Shown: piece by piece, positions 36,654 through 48,518 of the stretch | How positions within the stretch are numbered: position 1 is the first letter of the stretch | Layout: each line of letters begins with the position of its first letter | Virus record (IMG/VR): IMGVR_UViG_3300028393_000021 | Strand: one strand, 5' to 3' | From: a virus | Length of the DNA: 64,000 bases | Made by a program: the position numbers and the translations under genes | Notes under the pieces: generated by a model | What the model saw: only the letters and a program-made list of their open reading frames with translations | The model's database searches: none | What the model was told of the DNA's origin: nothing

Positions 36654-39002
36654 TCTAGTAATCATTTGAGAAGATCCTAATGGTGCAGCTGGATTAACAT
36701 ATGCACTGGTTATAAATATAGCCGAGCTGCCACCAACTGCCCCACTTCCCGGACCACCCACATAGAAACTGCTGTCGGGATTAATAGTCAACGATGCACT
36801 AATTACTGGGTTATTATAGCTCATATAACCGGTAGGAATTGCTCTAACTCCAACTTGTTGATATTTACTATTATTCAGTACCGGTATTAGTAATCCAGAA
36901 TCAAAATCTTGTATCCCAAGATAATAATTAGTATTATTTCCAGCAAAACCGTAACCTGCCAAGGAGTTTAGATTATTAATGGGTTTAAATCTGTTGTCTT
37001 TGAAGAATATTTTTGATGTTGCTTCAATTACAATAACATCGATTGCACGATTTGTAAGCGAACTGGCATTACCAGTTTGACCTATTGCTTGATAGGGAAT
37101 TGTAGCGCCTGCGGCCCAACTGGAGGTATTGGGATAATTGTATAATGGTACTTCTAATAAAACACTGGTGTTGGTATAAACAAAAGATATAGTTCCTGTT
37201 GATACCAGTGGACTTATATTTCCAGTGATAGTTGATGCTACTGTGATAAGGGTTCCATATAAGGGTGCAAGATCTGCATATTGAGAAACTATGGTTGTTG
37301 CTGTATTTACAAATTGAATAGTGCCAACATTATTAAAATTATTAATAGATGTAGAAGTTGAAACACTATTATTGCCACGGAACTCACTATCTTGTAATAT
37401 TAATAAAGCAGTTTCAGTGGTTATTGCATTAATATTCGTAGCACTAGTTGTGGTAGTAGTGAATGGTATTGGCGGAACTGTAAATGCCCCAGTATATACT
37501 GTATTGCCCACTACAAATCGCATATTTGATATATAACCAGTCGAATATGCGCCAAGTGTTGAAGGAGCACCTATGAATATATCACCACTTGACGTAGTTA
37601 ATGCCTGATTGTCGGTTCGAGTAACTCCCACAGCACCATTAACAAATATCCTGAATGCATTAGCACTGTTTCTGGCAAAAGCATAGTGGTTCCATCGGTT
37701 AACAGAACCACTAAGCGTTGATAATCCCATAACGTTGAGTGCAGAACCTGTGCCTGCAATGTTCATCTGCGGAGTTATTCCGTTGACTAGCCAAAATGAC
37801 CAAGTTGCAGTACCAGTATTAACAGCATTATTCCTACCAGCTAGATAAAAAGCCGATGTAGACACTGTATAAGCCCAACACTCGAAACTAAATGGTACAC
37901 TTGCACCTATATTATATCCAGCTTGGTATGGTATAGTTAGATAATTAGTGGCGGTACTATCGAATACTGCTGCAACGTTAGTACCAGTAGTTGATACACA
38001 GGCCAATAATGCAGTATTTGATGTTGATACACTGGTAAATGGCATACTAACTGGAGTCACTGCTGTATTAGTAAATGAGAACGATGTGGTTGTTGAATAT
38101 AATGCTGTACCTTTGACCAGTCTAAAATGGCTAATGCTTCCCGACCAATAAGCTGTTGTTTGATTTGTTCTTCCCGCGCCTATACGTAAAACATCAGTTT
38201 GATTTAAAGTAGCAGTTGAAGTAGCAGTGGATTGTCGTACACCATTGACGAACAATGCTGTGGCGCCGGTGCTGGTTGACGCTCTAGAAACCGCAACATG
38301 ATACCATGTATTATCTAATACCCTAGTACTTCCAGTAATTGTTACAGCAGTATCATTATAAACTACCACGCTGGCAGTTGATACGTATATAGTCCACCCC
38401 GTACCCGTGATACCTTTTGCAGCAAAGGTAGATGATGTAGAAGTTGTAGTTCTATATAGCCATCCGTCAATGGTAAATGCACCTAAACCAAAACTTAGAG
38501 TAGTACCGGATGTGGCTTCAGTTACACTTAAATATTGAGTAGTACCATTAAATGATGTTATACCTGTACCAGTTGTAATAGCCATGGCGGCAACGGCACC
38601 ACCAGTACCATTAATTGAACTTTTTAATTCTGTCCAATTTTTTGCCCTACGGTCACCAAATGTGATATTACCCTGTACTTGCCTACTATTTGTTAAGTTT
38701 GATAACAACAAATTATTAGTAGTCGTAGTAACAAGTGTACCGGCACCATAATAAAAAGATTGAGTAAGACCACTGGGAGTACCCGATGGCGTAAAAGATA
38801 ACGAATTTTGAGTCGAGGCAGTAGTCCCTTGTACAAAAACGTTGAGCTCATTTAATTGAGGTTGATATGCAATTGTGGGAAAAGCACTTGAAGCGTCTTG
38901 TCCCTGCGTATTCCTTTGGTCCAGAGGTCCCCATTGATTCTTGCCGCCCGGTCGCGTACCGTAATCAATTTGAAAGTTTGATAGTTGTAACTCTCTAGAC
39001 AT
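36627..39002 (-). CDS. Tail-fibre/virion protein with two LamG-like domains
   Basis: FTIDGW...WYHVAVSR and FSFECW...WNHYAFAR; Ser/Thr-rich. Confidence 0.7.
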   Translation of the reverse strand: MSRELQLSNFQIDYGTRPGGKNQWGPLDQRNTQGQDASSAFPTIAYQPQLNELNVFVQGTTASTQNSLSFTPSGTPSGLTQSFYYGAGTLVTTTTNNLLLSNLTNSRQVQGNITFGDRRAKNWTELKSSINGTGGAVAAMAITTGTGITSFNGTTQYLSVTEATSGTTLSFGLGAFTIDGWLYRTTTSTSSTFAAKGITGTGWTIYVSTASVVVYNDTAVTITGSTRVLDNTWYHVAVSRASTSTGATALFVNGVRQSTATSTATLNQTDVLRIGAGRTNQTTAYWSGSISHFRLVKGTALYSTTTSFSFTNTAVTPVSMPFTSVSTSNTALLACVSTTGTNVAAVFDSTATNYLTIPYQAGYNIGASVPFSFECWAYTVSTSAFYLAGRNNAVNTGTATWSFWLVNGITPQMNIAGTGSALNVMGLSTLSGSVNRWNHYAFARNSANAFRIFVNGAVGVTRTDNQALTTSSGDIFIGAPSTLGAYSTGYISNMRFVVGNTVYTGAFTVPPIPFTTTTTSATNINAITTETALLILQDSEFRGNNSVSTSTSINNFNNVGTIQFVNTATTIVSQYADLAPLYGTLITVASTITGNISPLVSTGTISFVYTNTSVLLEVPLYNYPNTSSWAAGATIPYQAIGQTGNASSLTNRAIDVIVIEATSKIFFKDNRFKPINNLNSLAGYGFAGNNTNYYLGIQDFDSGLLIPVLNNSKYQQVGVRAIPTGYMSYNNPVISASLTINPDSSFYVGGPGSGAVGGSSAIFITSAYVNPAAPLGSSQMITRLRQVWTAN

Positions 39003-39019
39003 TTGTTTTCTTAAAAATG

Positions 39020-41230
39020 TTAAATTTCAGAAACAGTAGCTACAATTTTTGCATAAGCAGCAGATATTAAGTTGATTGTAACAGAGGTATCTGTTGACGC
39101 CGAGGATGTTACAGTTGCAAAATATGTACCATCACCGAACGTTATACCCGGATTGGCTGTTTGACCAATAACTGACAATGTCACTGGTTTAGCCACTCTG
39201 GCACCTAGATAATTATACACGTTAACAAGTATGCTACTAGACACAGTGGTTCCAGTGTATACAAAACTGGTTGCTGTGGTAGTAAGTGAAATAGTTTGTC
39301 CAACATCTGATGTTATAACGTCAATATAGTTAGAAGTATAACCGTTGTTGCTAATACTATTGTCAAAGACTTGGGCACACCATCTAGAATCTTTATCTTT
39401 AAATAATCTAGCAGCCGCATATGGCATGGTATTTTGATATTGATAGATACCTGTGGTTATATTCAATGTCATAATAATATCATTAGAGAATGTACAACCT
39501 ACATACAGGGTATTCCACATTACACCAGTTGGATACGAAGCAACATTTCCCGGATCTAATGGACAAAAATATCTAGGACCAAACTGGGCGGTCGATACAT
39601 TGCCCATATATTTGGCATAAGAACCAGCATCAGAAATTTCCCAGCTGTATATTCTAAACATATTTCCTGTACTTGCTGCGTTGTTGAAACCAGTTGCTGC
39701 CAATACTAATCCTGTTCCGTTAGTGTTGTATACACCCATATGTAATCTTTTAGTACCGTTTGAATCAATACTGATCCAAACACGATGCACTGTTTGTCTA
39801 CGAAAACTCATATTATCCAATTGTCCACGACCATTATTGAGATATCCACTATTTGAATAGATTTGCTGTTGGTCACTTATTGACATAAAGCCAGAGTTAT
39901 CCGAATTTTTCAATGCATAGGTAGAATAGGTAGAAGTGCCTCCACTGTTGTTTAGTGTGATTCTAGCAAGAGTAATACTACCAGTGCTTGATGGAGAGAC
40001 AGCAGTAAAATCATTTCCATTAAAATATAATTGATAAAATCTATAACTTGAACCTTCTGTATCTTGATCTGGATTCGATGGGGTAATAAACCCACCTAGA
40101 CCCTTGTTGATAGAGAGAATGGTGGTAGTACCACCACTGGCGCTATACGCTTTTAATTTTAACCGCTGGAGATTGCCTGTATTTGTGCTGCCATCAGATC
40201 CTTGAATTCCTCCAAACAGCGAATTAAAATGCATATAATAGGTATACTGATTAATGTTGGCTAGGAATATTCGACTGCCAAATTCAACTGCCTGATCAGC
40301 CGTGGCGCCGGCAGGCTTACCACCCAATTGGAATGTTACTCCATTGATGTAATTCTGCTTGCAGCAGGCCAAGACGGTATTACAAGATGCTGATATAGTA
40401 GAGAATGTTGCTAAATTTCCCTGGTCACAGGTACCATAATAGAACTGATCACCAGTTGATGTAGTTCCAGAGTAAACCCCGAGTGGTTCGTTTCCTCCAG
40501 CTGTATATATATCGGTGGCCAGAGTTATGGGGGAGGCGGTGAGGCAGGAGCATTGTCCGGCGCTATACTGGCAAGCCGAAAAGATAGTTGATGTAAAAGT
40601 ACCACTTGTTTGTTCCGTTACATTAGTGGTAGTGGAACGGGTACTTACACACGTACAACCGCAGCCACTCGTGATGCTGACGAATTGTTTAAATATGCTG
40701 TTGGGAACAAAACAATTAAAACATCCAGTTGGATGTTCTATTACTTGCCAATTGTATAGATTACTGCAATATGTGTAAGTGGCGGTGGTGCCCACGGTAG
40801 AAAGATAATCATTGGTCTGATCAGTATAACCACACACACATCCGCATAAACAGGAAATACCTGTACTATCTTGAACAGAGAATGTCAACGGTCCAAGGCA
40901 GCTTGTATTCTTAAAGGTCCAAACTCCACTAGAATTATAGGTGCCAAACGAATTAAATTTTGCAGCATTATATTCTCCGGAAAATCTACTACCAGCGTGA
41001 TCAAACGGTGTCATTCCCAGGCTGGGTTCAAACACACTGGGAACTGTAATAGGAGCCAAGGCCGCGCCGCATCGACTGGGGGCACAGGTATATTGATAAT
41101 TTCCCACTTGTTCAACGTTGTTTGTTGTAAAATAAAATTGACCGTTAACTGTATAGTTAGTTCCTCTATACCCGTATTGGACCACTTGGTCCGCGGTTGG
41201 GGGCAAGTATCTCTGATAAAATTTTGCCAT
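39020..41230 (-). CDS. Virion-associated protein with a Cys-rich N-terminal half
   Basis: 20 Cys in the first ~293 aa, including CLCGCVC and CGCTC. Confidence 0.6.
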   Translation of the reverse strand: MAKFYQRYLPPTADQVVQYGYRGTNYTVNGQFYFTTNNVEQVGNYQYTCAPSRCGAALAPITVPSVFEPSLGMTPFDHAGSRFSGEYNAAKFNSFGTYNSSGVWTFKNTSCLGPLTFSVQDSTGISCLCGCVCGYTDQTNDYLSTVGTTATYTYCSNLYNWQVIEHPTGCFNCFVPNSIFKQFVSITSGCGCTCVSTRSTTTNVTEQTSGTFTSTIFSACQYSAGQCSCLTASPITLATDIYTAGGNEPLGVYSGTTSTGDQFYYGTCDQGNLATFSTISASCNTVLACCKQNYINGVTFQLGGKPAGATADQAVEFGSRIFLANINQYTYYMHFNSLFGGIQGSDGSTNTGNLQRLKLKAYSASGGTTTILSINKGLGGFITPSNPDQDTEGSSYRFYQLYFNGNDFTAVSPSSTGSITLARITLNNSGGTSTYSTYALKNSDNSGFMSISDQQQIYSNSGYLNNGRGQLDNMSFRRQTVHRVWISIDSNGTKRLHMGVYNTNGTGLVLAATGFNNAASTGNMFRIYSWEISDAGSYAKYMGNVSTAQFGPRYFCPLDPGNVASYPTGVMWNTLYVGCTFSNDIIMTLNITTGIYQYQNTMPYAAARLFKDKDSRWCAQVFDNSISNNGYTSNYIDVITSDVGQTISLTTTATSFVYTGTTVSSSILVNVYNYLGARVAKPVTLSVIGQTANPGITFGDGTYFATVTSSASTDTSVTINLISAAYAKIVATVSEI

Positions 41231-41416
41231 TTATTGTTCTTCCTTATTCGTTAGTAGATAACCATAATCTTGAAATGCCCAAGTTCGAGCTTCTTCTTCA
41301 CTGGTCCATGGTTGTTGAGTTGCTGGATTAAATGGTTGAGTAGCCATCCTAACCTTAGTATCTGTTAGATTTATGTAAGCAATATTGTTTATAAATTCAA
41401 ATTCGTGACTTGTCAT
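41231..41416 (-). CDS. Small protein, possible fibre chaperone
   Basis: 61 aa, QPFNPATQQPWTSEEEA motif; abuts the next gene. Confidence 0.5.
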   Translation of the reverse strand: MTSHEFEFINNIAYINLTDTKVRMATQPFNPATQQPWTSEEEARTWAFQDYGYLLTNKEEQ

Positions 41417-41428
41417 TTTTTCTCCAAT

Positions 41429-44400
41429 TTAAGAATTAACATAATTAATAGACACATACAAATCTGCTGCATATGCCCCTGTATTAGTTATGATAACTGT
41501 AACATTTGATGAAGATGATGCGATTGAAATAGGAGTATTAGTACCATAACTCGGTCCGAGACCTGTAAAACTAATTGTACTCACAGTCACATCATCAACA
41601 TTAATATTTAGCGAAACAGCTTGGGTACCAGAACTTAAAACTCTGGCTGTGATACTGTTAATTAAAATAGTTCTGTTTGGAAACCATTTTGAAGTATATA
41701 AACTACTGTATCCAGTGAATAAACTACCCGGAGTATAAACTTGAGCAACTAATGCAGTAGATCCACCTCCACCCACAGCACTACCATTTTGATAAATTGT
41801 TCCGCCGACATATAAAGATCCGCCGATCCCCACTCCACCTCTAACTACTAATGCACCTGTGGTAGTTGATGTTGAGCCAGTAGCATTAGTTATAACAAAT
41901 GTTGAGCTAGTTCCAGTACTATTAGATGCACTACTACCAGTATACCCTATTGCTGTAGATGCGCCAGAAGCTCCAACACTACCGGTAAAACCCAGTGGGC
42001 CTTGAATTTTAGTTATAGAAGTCCATGTCGAGCCGCTCCATATCCACAAAAATCCGTCAACAGCAGTAATATATGCATCTCCTTTAGAACCAGTATATGA
42101 CATTGGAGCTGTTTGATAACCAGGCAAGTCAGTCGACGTTGAAACAGAACCTATGATAGATATGGATGATCCGGGATTACCCTCACTTCCAGTATAACCA
42201 TTACTACCTATATATCCACTAGCGGTGCTTGCTGATCCAGTATAACCTCTACTACCAGTAAATCCTATGCTACCAGTGTAACCTGTGCTACCTATGTATC
42301 CACTAGCAGTGCTGGCTGATCCAGTATAACCAACACTACCCCAATACCCTGTGCTACCTATATAACCAACACTACCCCAATAACCTGTGCTACCCCAATA
42401 ACCTGTGCTACCCCAATAACCAACACTGCCCCAATAACCAGTAATACCTTGTGTACCGGTACTACCAATAAAACCTGTGCTACCCCAATAACCAACACTG
42501 CCCCAATAACCAGTAATACCTTGTGTACCGGTACTACCAGTATAACCTGTGCTACCTATATATCCTAGACTACCAGTAAAACCTGTGCTACCTATATATC
42601 CTAGACTACCAGTAAAACCTGTGCTACCTATATATCCTAGACTACCAGTATAACCTGTGCTACCTATATATCCTAGACTACCAGTAAAACCTGTGCTACC
42701 TATATATCCTAGACTACCGGTATATCCCTTACTGCCCCAATAGCCAGTAATACCCTGACTACCCGAATACCCGATTGGTCCTGTTTCTGAGTTTGCAGGA
42801 CCGGCAAATGTCCATTCATTGCTAGCTACTTTAATCACCGTAGCGATAGTGAACGGAACAGTTAAAGTGGGAGTTTCCGTAGTATGTAACGTTACTCCAA
42901 AAAATCCTGATATGATTACAGGTCCAGTGCCTACGTTACATAAATCAATACGTTGACCCACAGCAAAATTAACTCCCCCCTCTGATGGAATATATACCGT
43001 AATAGGCGAACTATTAGTAAATTCAATAAGTGTGCCGGCATCTGACAATGCTAGAGTATAACTTCCTGATTGCGTACTAATAGCTTGTATTGAATCAAAT
43101 CCACCTTTACTACCAGCATATCCCTCACTACCCCAATATCCATTAGTTCCGTTGGTTCCATTAGTTCCACCACTACCCCAATACCCCTGGGCACCTCTGC
43201 TACCAGTAAATCCAACAGCTCCTGCAACACTGGTAGCAGGACCGGCAAATGTCCATTCATTGTTGGCTACTTTAATCAACGTACCAATACTATATTGACT
43301 GTTTAAAATAGCAGAGTCCGAAGTATGTAAAGTTACTCCCGCGGCTGCGGCTATAATTACAGGACCTGTACTTATCTGACCTATATCTATACGTTGACCA
43401 ACACTGAAATTAACAGTATTATAGTCTGGAATAGTTACTGTAGTACCATTAGTAGTATCAAAATTAACTAGGCCACCAGCATCTGACAATGCTAGAGTAT
43501 ACGTTGCTCCTGTTTGAGTACTAATAATCTGTACTGAATCAAATCCACCTCTACTACCAACATATCCTGCACTGCCTGTAAATCCTACGCTACCTATATA
43601 TCCAAGACTACCAGTATATCCTCTACCCGCATATGCTCCATCTGCCCCAACACTACCGGTAAATCCCTTTTCACCCTGACTACCAGTATATCCTGCACTT
43701 CCAACGTAACCTGTGCTACCTATATATCCACTGGCAGTGCTGGCTGATCCAGTATAACCGGTGCTACCTATATATCCCACGCTGCCAGTAAATCCCATGC
43801 TGCCAGTATATCCCACGCTGCCAGTAAATCCCATGCTGCCAGTAAATCCCATGCTGCCAGTATAACCAGTAGATCCGTTAAAACCAAGTCCGATAATAGT
43901 TCCATTTAAACTAATAGCACCAGTTACGTTTAAAAGGCCACCCACATATAAATTTTCAGCAATGCCAACGCCACCTTTGACTAGCAACGCACCTGTACTG
44001 GTTGATGTACTGCTGGCAGTATTTGCTATTAAAAATGTGCTGGTGGTACCTGAACTGTTAGCATTAATAGCTTGACCATTAGAACCAAAAATTTGCCCAC
44101 CCACATATAAATCTTTAGCAATACCAACTCCACCGTTGACTACCAATGCACCTGTACTAGTTGATGTACTGCTAGCAGTATTTGCTATTAAAAATGTGCT
44201 GGTGGTACCTGAACTATTATCACTAATAGCTTGACCATTAGAACCAAAAATTTGCCCACCCACATATAAATCTTTAGCAATGCCAACTCCGCCATAAACT
44301 ATCAATGCACCTGTATTGGTTGATGTACTGCTGGCAGTATTTGATATTAAAAACGCCCTAGTGGTACTTGTATTTGAAACTAAAAAACCTTGAACATACA

Positions 44401-44908
44401 AGGAACCGCCAATAAATAAACTACCGCGTACACCTACACCACCTGCAACTGTTAATGCACCAGTAAAAGTATTAGCTGCAATTGTTGTATTGGAAATATT
44501 GATAGCTTGATTAGTTGATGATCCTCTGCTAGTAATAGTTTGTAATGTACTAGTATTCCAAATAATAATATTACCAGTACTGGTACTAACTGCTGTATCT
44601 GTGCCAGCAGTTATCGATGTTTGATTTGCATAATTATTAATCGAAGCAGTGGTAATTACTTGTTGATTATTTGAATATATATCGCCGCCAACATATAATT
44701 TCTCACCTATGCCCACGCCTCCCGAGACCACCAATGCACCTGAGTTAGTCGATGTTGATGCAGTGTTGTTAATTATCTGAAATATTTCAGTTGTACCATC
44801 AATAAATGCTGATACGATTGTCCAAGAATTGCTTGAAGCAGAGTAAACGTAGGTAGTTCCATCTACAACGGCTGTTTCATTGTCTACGGGTGAAATTGGA
44901 AATGTCAT
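41429..44908 (-). CDS. Tail-fibre protein with STSTxTGALxVxGGVGI repeats, collagen-like GYTGS segments and a duplicated ~85-aa domain
   Basis: Two copies of YTLALSDAG...VNF.VGQRID....TGPVII..GVTLHT; TAAATA 5 nt upstream of the ATG. Confidence 0.75.
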   Translation of the reverse strand: MTFPISPVDNETAVVDGTTYVYSASSNSWTIVSAFIDGTTEIFQIINNTASTSTNSGALVVSGGVGIGEKLYVGGDIYSNNQQVITTASINNYANQTSITAGTDTAVSTSTGNIIIWNTSTLQTITSRGSSTNQAINISNTTIAANTFTGALTVAGGVGVRGSLFIGGSLYVQGFLVSNTSTTRAFLISNTASSTSTNTGALIVYGGVGIAKDLYVGGQIFGSNGQAISDNSSGTTSTFLIANTASSTSTSTGALVVNGGVGIAKDLYVGGQIFGSNGQAINANSSGTTSTFLIANTASSTSTSTGALLVKGGVGIAENLYVGGLLNVTGAISLNGTIIGLGFNGSTGYTGSMGFTGSMGFTGSVGYTGSMGFTGSVGYIGSTGYTGSASTASGYIGSTGYVGSAGYTGSQGEKGFTGSVGADGAYAGRGYTGSLGYIGSVGFTGSAGYVGSRGGFDSVQIISTQTGATYTLALSDAGGLVNFDTTNGTTVTIPDYNTVNFSVGQRIDIGQISTGPVIIAAAAGVTLHTSDSAILNSQYSIGTLIKVANNEWTFAGPATSVAGAVGFTGSRGAQGYWGSGGTNGTNGTNGYWGSEGYAGSKGGFDSIQAISTQSGSYTLALSDAGTLIEFTNSSPITVYIPSEGGVNFAVGQRIDLCNVGTGPVIISGFFGVTLHTTETPTLTVPFTIATVIKVASNEWTFAGPANSETGPIGYSGSQGITGYWGSKGYTGSLGYIGSTGFTGSLGYIGSTGYTGSLGYIGSTGFTGSLGYIGSTGFTGSLGYIGSTGYTGSTGTQGITGYWGSVGYWGSTGFIGSTGTQGITGYWGSVGYWGSTGYWGSTGYWGSVGYIGSTGYWGSVGYTGSASTASGYIGSTGYTGSIGFTGSRGYTGSASTASGYIGSNGYTGSEGNPGSSISIIGSVSTSTDLPGYQTAPMSYTGSKGDAYITAVDGFLWIWSGSTWTSITKIQGPLGFTGSVGASGASTAIGYTGSSASNSTGTSSTFVITNATGSTSTTTGALVVRGGVGIGGSLYVGGTIYQNGSAVGGGGSTALVAQVYTPGSLFTGYSSLYTSKWFPNRTILINSITARVLSSGTQAVSLNINVDDVTVSTISFTGLGPSYGTNTPISIASSSSNVTVIITNTGAYAADLYVSINYVNS

Positions 44909-44923
44909 TCTATTATTTAACCG

Positions 44924-47900
44924 TTAAAAAGTTATCGTGCCTGAAGTTTGCCAGGTATATATTCTATATCCATTATTTACTGTTGCAATTGCACCACTTA
45001 CAGAAGTTGGTCCCAAATATGTATTAGGATATCTAATAATTACAACACCCTTACCACCGTTATAGCCTGCCCCGCCACCGCCGCCGGTATTTGGGGTACC
45101 AGCAGTTCCCGATGTATCAGAACTTGCGCCAAGGCCGCCGCCGCCTTGTCCACCCTGTCCACCGTAAGTTCCATTATGTGATGAATAATATAATCCACCA
45201 CCACCACCACCTGCATAATAAGTAGCAGTACCAGATATAGCTGATGCGGATCCAATACCACCGCCACCGCCAGACCCGCTGCCATTAGAACCTGCGCCAC
45301 CGGCGCCGCCGCCGCCGGCACCAAGAAACGGAGCATTATACTGACTCACTGATCCCCCAACATTGCCTTGGTTGCCAGTTGCATTACCTCCCGTACTATT
45401 ACCATTTCGACTAGCACCGCCGCCACCAGACCCTCCAGTACCAGCAATGCTAGTACTAACTCCACCACCACCGCCACCGCCCAATGCAGTTATGTTATTG
45501 CCAAATTGCGAATAATCACCAGATGAGCCGTTGCCTCCAAAGTTAGATCCCACTGCGCCACCGTTACCTACAGTAATTGTATAACTTGTACCAGTACTAA
45601 TAGAATATCCAACACCTGTCAAGAAACCGCCTGCACCGCCACCGCCTGCATATGCACCATCGGCACCGCCCCCACCGCCACCTCCGACCACTAGATATTC
45701 TATAGTAATTGGGGCTGTTATACTTGTTAGATTTTTTACAAATTTTACTTTTTGTCCGGTGAAATCTAACCAGAACTTATCGGTATTGTTAACAGTGGTA
45801 TATCTATATAACCTGTCATTGTTAGTATTATACCAAATATCTCCTACAGTAGCAACTACTGGAGCAGTAGAACTAGAGGTGCTTCTTACTCCACCAGCAA
45901 TAATGCTAGTAGCATTAATTTGTCCGCCTACACCTAATCCCCCTGTGATTACTACAGCACCTGTAGTTATTGATGTACTAGTTGCGGTGTTGGTAAAGGA
46001 AACAACATTAGTAGTTGTTGCTCCTCGACCAGTTATACTTTGTAGTGTGCTGGCGTCATTAATTATGATTGATCCAGTAGTTGCACTTAGCGTAATATCC
46101 GTGCCACTAGATAAGTTCGTAACACCCAAGTTAGTAATAATTACATTGCCGCTACTAGTGCTTACACCAATGTATGTACTACCAGTTGCAGTAGTAACGC
46201 CAGTATTAGTAACAATTATATTACCGCTACTGGTGCTTACACTAATGCCAATACCAGCAGTTATTGATGTTTGATTAGCATACAGATTAACCGTGGCCGT
46301 GGTCAATACTATATTACCACTACTATATATTGTGCTATTAACATATAAGTTTCCACCAATACCTACACCGCCACGAACAATCAATGCACCGGTTGTAGTT
46401 GATGTTGAACTTGTAGTATTGGAAATACTAATAACTTGAGTAGTTGATGATCCTCTACTAGTAATAGTTTGTAATGTGCTGGTATTCCAAATAGTAATAT
46501 TACCAGTGCTGGTACTAATTGCGGTATCAGTACCTGCTGTAATAATAGTTTTATTTGCATAATCATTAATTGTTGCAGTGGTAATTACTTTTTGATTCTT
46601 GGTATAAATATCCCCGTTGACCTGTAGATCCCCACCTATACCTGCACCGCCTAATACAACCAGTGCACCTGTGGTAGGATTATCTGCTGAGGTAGCATTA
46701 GATATTGATATTGCATTGCTAGTATCTGAACCTCTATCAGTAATAGTTTGTAATGTACTAGTATTCCAAATAGTAATATTACCAGTGCTGGTACTAATTG
46801 CAGTATCAGTACCTGCTGTAATAATAGTTTTATTTGCGTAATTATTAATCGTTGCAGTGGTAATTACCTTTTGATTTTTGGTATAAATATCCCCGCCAAC
46901 CTGTAGATCTCCACCTATACCTGCACCCCCTGCAACTACTAACGCACCTGAATTAGTACCAGTCGAATTAGTAACATTATAAGTTGATATTATGTCATCT
47001 GTTACAATCAACGTTGTGGTAATTGTGGTTAATTGTATTTCCAATTCTTGAGCAACAATTTTTCCACCAACATACAAATTGCCGCCAATACCAACACCAC
47101 CTGTAACTTTCAATGCACCTGAGTTAGTTGAAGTTGCACTAGTTACATTAGTAATTACTATAGTATTAGTGGTAGAACTTCCTCTATTAGTAATAGTTTG
47201 TAATGTACTGGTATTCCAAATAGTGATATTACCAGTACTGGTACTAATTGCAGTATCAGTACCTGCTGTAATAATAGTTTTACTTGCATATAGGTTAACC
47301 GTAGCAGTGGTAATAATTTCTGAATTAATAATATAAGATGTGGTATTAACAAATAATGCACCACCTACATATACATCTTTAGCAATGCCAACTCCTCCAG
47401 TCACTTGTAAGGCACCTGAATTAGTGCTAGTTGACTGGGTTAAATTATTAATAAGAAATGAGCTAGTAGTACCTGTACTACTACCTACCAAAGATCCATT
47501 TGAATATACACTGCCTGCAAATACTCCGCCACCTACATATACATTTTTAGCAATGCCAAGTCCACCATATACAACTAATGCACCGGAACTAGTGCCGGTT
47601 GACTGGGTTAAATTATTAATAAGAAATGTGCTGGTTGTGCCTGTACTGCTACCAACCAAAGATCCATTTGAATATAGATTTCCTGCATATGTTGTGCCGC
47701 CAACATACAGATCTCTATTAATACCCACACCACCATATACAACTAATGCACCGGAACTAGTGCCGGTTGAATTAGTACTTGTAGTAATTCTTAGTACTAG
47801 ATCAATGACTGACTGGCCGAACTTACTGGTCAATCCACTTTGTGTAGTTAGAACTTCAACGTTATTAATAAGGGCTTTGCCCAATATGTTGATATCGCCA

Positions 47901-48181
47901 GCTATGCCAACACCACCATCTACTACCAGAGCATTGGGAGTATAAAAACCTATGTTAGATAATGTTGAGCGTACACGTACTGTGGCTCCATCAATTGTAA
48001 GAAGATTCGACCAATTACGTATATTTGTAGCAGTTGATCCAGTAAGTACACTGCCATTAATAGTTGGAGAGCCAAGATCCGGTTCTGCTTGACTAGTATC
48101 TAAATATTCGTAGCGATCAGCAGTTAACTTTGTACTGCCTAATTTCTTTATTTTACCGCTGAATAATCTACTTTTACTCAT
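44924..48181 (-). CDS. Tail-fibre protein with Thr/Ser-rich repeats and a C-terminal Gly-rich module
   Basis: About nine GAL/VxVxGGxGI repeats; ~93-aa tandem duplication; ends YLVVGGGG...SGTITF. Confidence 0.75.
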   Translation of the reverse strand: MSKSRLFSGKIKKLGSTKLTADRYEYLDTSQAEPDLGSPTINGSVLTGSTATNIRNWSNLLTIDGATVRVRSTLSNIGFYTPNALVVDGGVGIAGDINILGKALINNVEVLTTQSGLTSKFGQSVIDLVLRITTSTNSTGTSSGALVVYGGVGINRDLYVGGTTYAGNLYSNGSLVGSSTGTTSTFLINNLTQSTGTSSGALVVYGGLGIAKNVYVGGGVFAGSVYSNGSLVGSSTGTTSSFLINNLTQSTSTNSGALQVTGGVGIAKDVYVGGALFVNTTSYIINSEIITTATVNLYASKTIITAGTDTAISTSTGNITIWNTSTLQTITNRGSSTTNTIVITNVTSATSTNSGALKVTGGVGIGGNLYVGGKIVAQELEIQLTTITTTLIVTDDIISTYNVTNSTGTNSGALVVAGGAGIGGDLQVGGDIYTKNQKVITTATINNYANKTIITAGTDTAISTSTGNITIWNTSTLQTITDRGSDTSNAISISNATSADNPTTGALVVLGGAGIGGDLQVNGDIYTKNQKVITTATINDYANKTIITAGTDTAISTSTGNITIWNTSTLQTITSRGSSTTQVISISNTTSSTSTTTGALIVRGGVGIGGNLYVNSTIYSSGNIVLTTATVNLYANQTSITAGIGISVSTSSGNIIVTNTGVTTATGSTYIGVSTSSGNVIITNLGVTNLSSGTDITLSATTGSIIINDASTLQSITGRGATTTNVVSFTNTATSTSITTGAVVITGGLGVGGQINATSIIAGGVRSTSSSTAPVVATVGDIWYNTNNDRLYRYTTVNNTDKFWLDFTGQKVKFVKNLTSITAPITIEYLVVGGGGGGGADGAYAGGGGAGGFLTGVGYSISTGTSYTITVGNGGAVGSNFGGNGSSGDYSQFGNNITALGGGGGGGVSTSIAGTGGSGGGGASRNGNSTGGNATGNQGNVGGSVSQYNAPFLGAGGGGAGGAGSNGSGSGGGGGIGSASAISGTATYYAGGGGGGLYYSSHNGTYGGQGGQGGGGLGASSDTSGTAGTPNTGGGGGAGYNGGKGVVIIRYPNTYLGPTSVSGAIATVNNGYRIYTWQTSGTITF

Positions 48182-48515
48182 TGCTTGTTTCTAAAATACT
48201 TAAAACTAAATTAACACTGCCATTAGCGCCGGCGCTAGCAGTTATACTTGCACCGGTTTCAATTACTAGTTTCCCTGTAATAACTTCACAGGCATCGTTT
48301 ACAGGTATTTCGAAATCTTTTAGCATAATAAATTCAGTGGCATTTTTAACCAAAGTAAATTTTACAGTAACAGGATCTATACCAATATTAGTAGCTTGGG
48401 CGCCAAGTACAATAGTAGTTACTGTGTCCGGAGTAGTATAGATGGTTTGGGCATCAGTAGTTAATTCAAATGCTTTAGTTTTAAACGAATTTAAGGGTAG
48501 TGCTGCGGTTGCCAT
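48174..48515 (-). CDS. Small virion protein
   Basis: 113-aa beta-rich ORF coupled to both neighbours. Confidence 0.55.
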   Translation of the reverse strand: MATAALPLNSFKTKAFELTTDAQTIYTTPDTVTTIVLGAQATNIGIDPVTVKFTLVKNATEFIMLKDFEIPVNDACEVITGKLVIETGASITASAGANGSVNLVLSILETSNE

Positions 48516-48518
48516 TTT

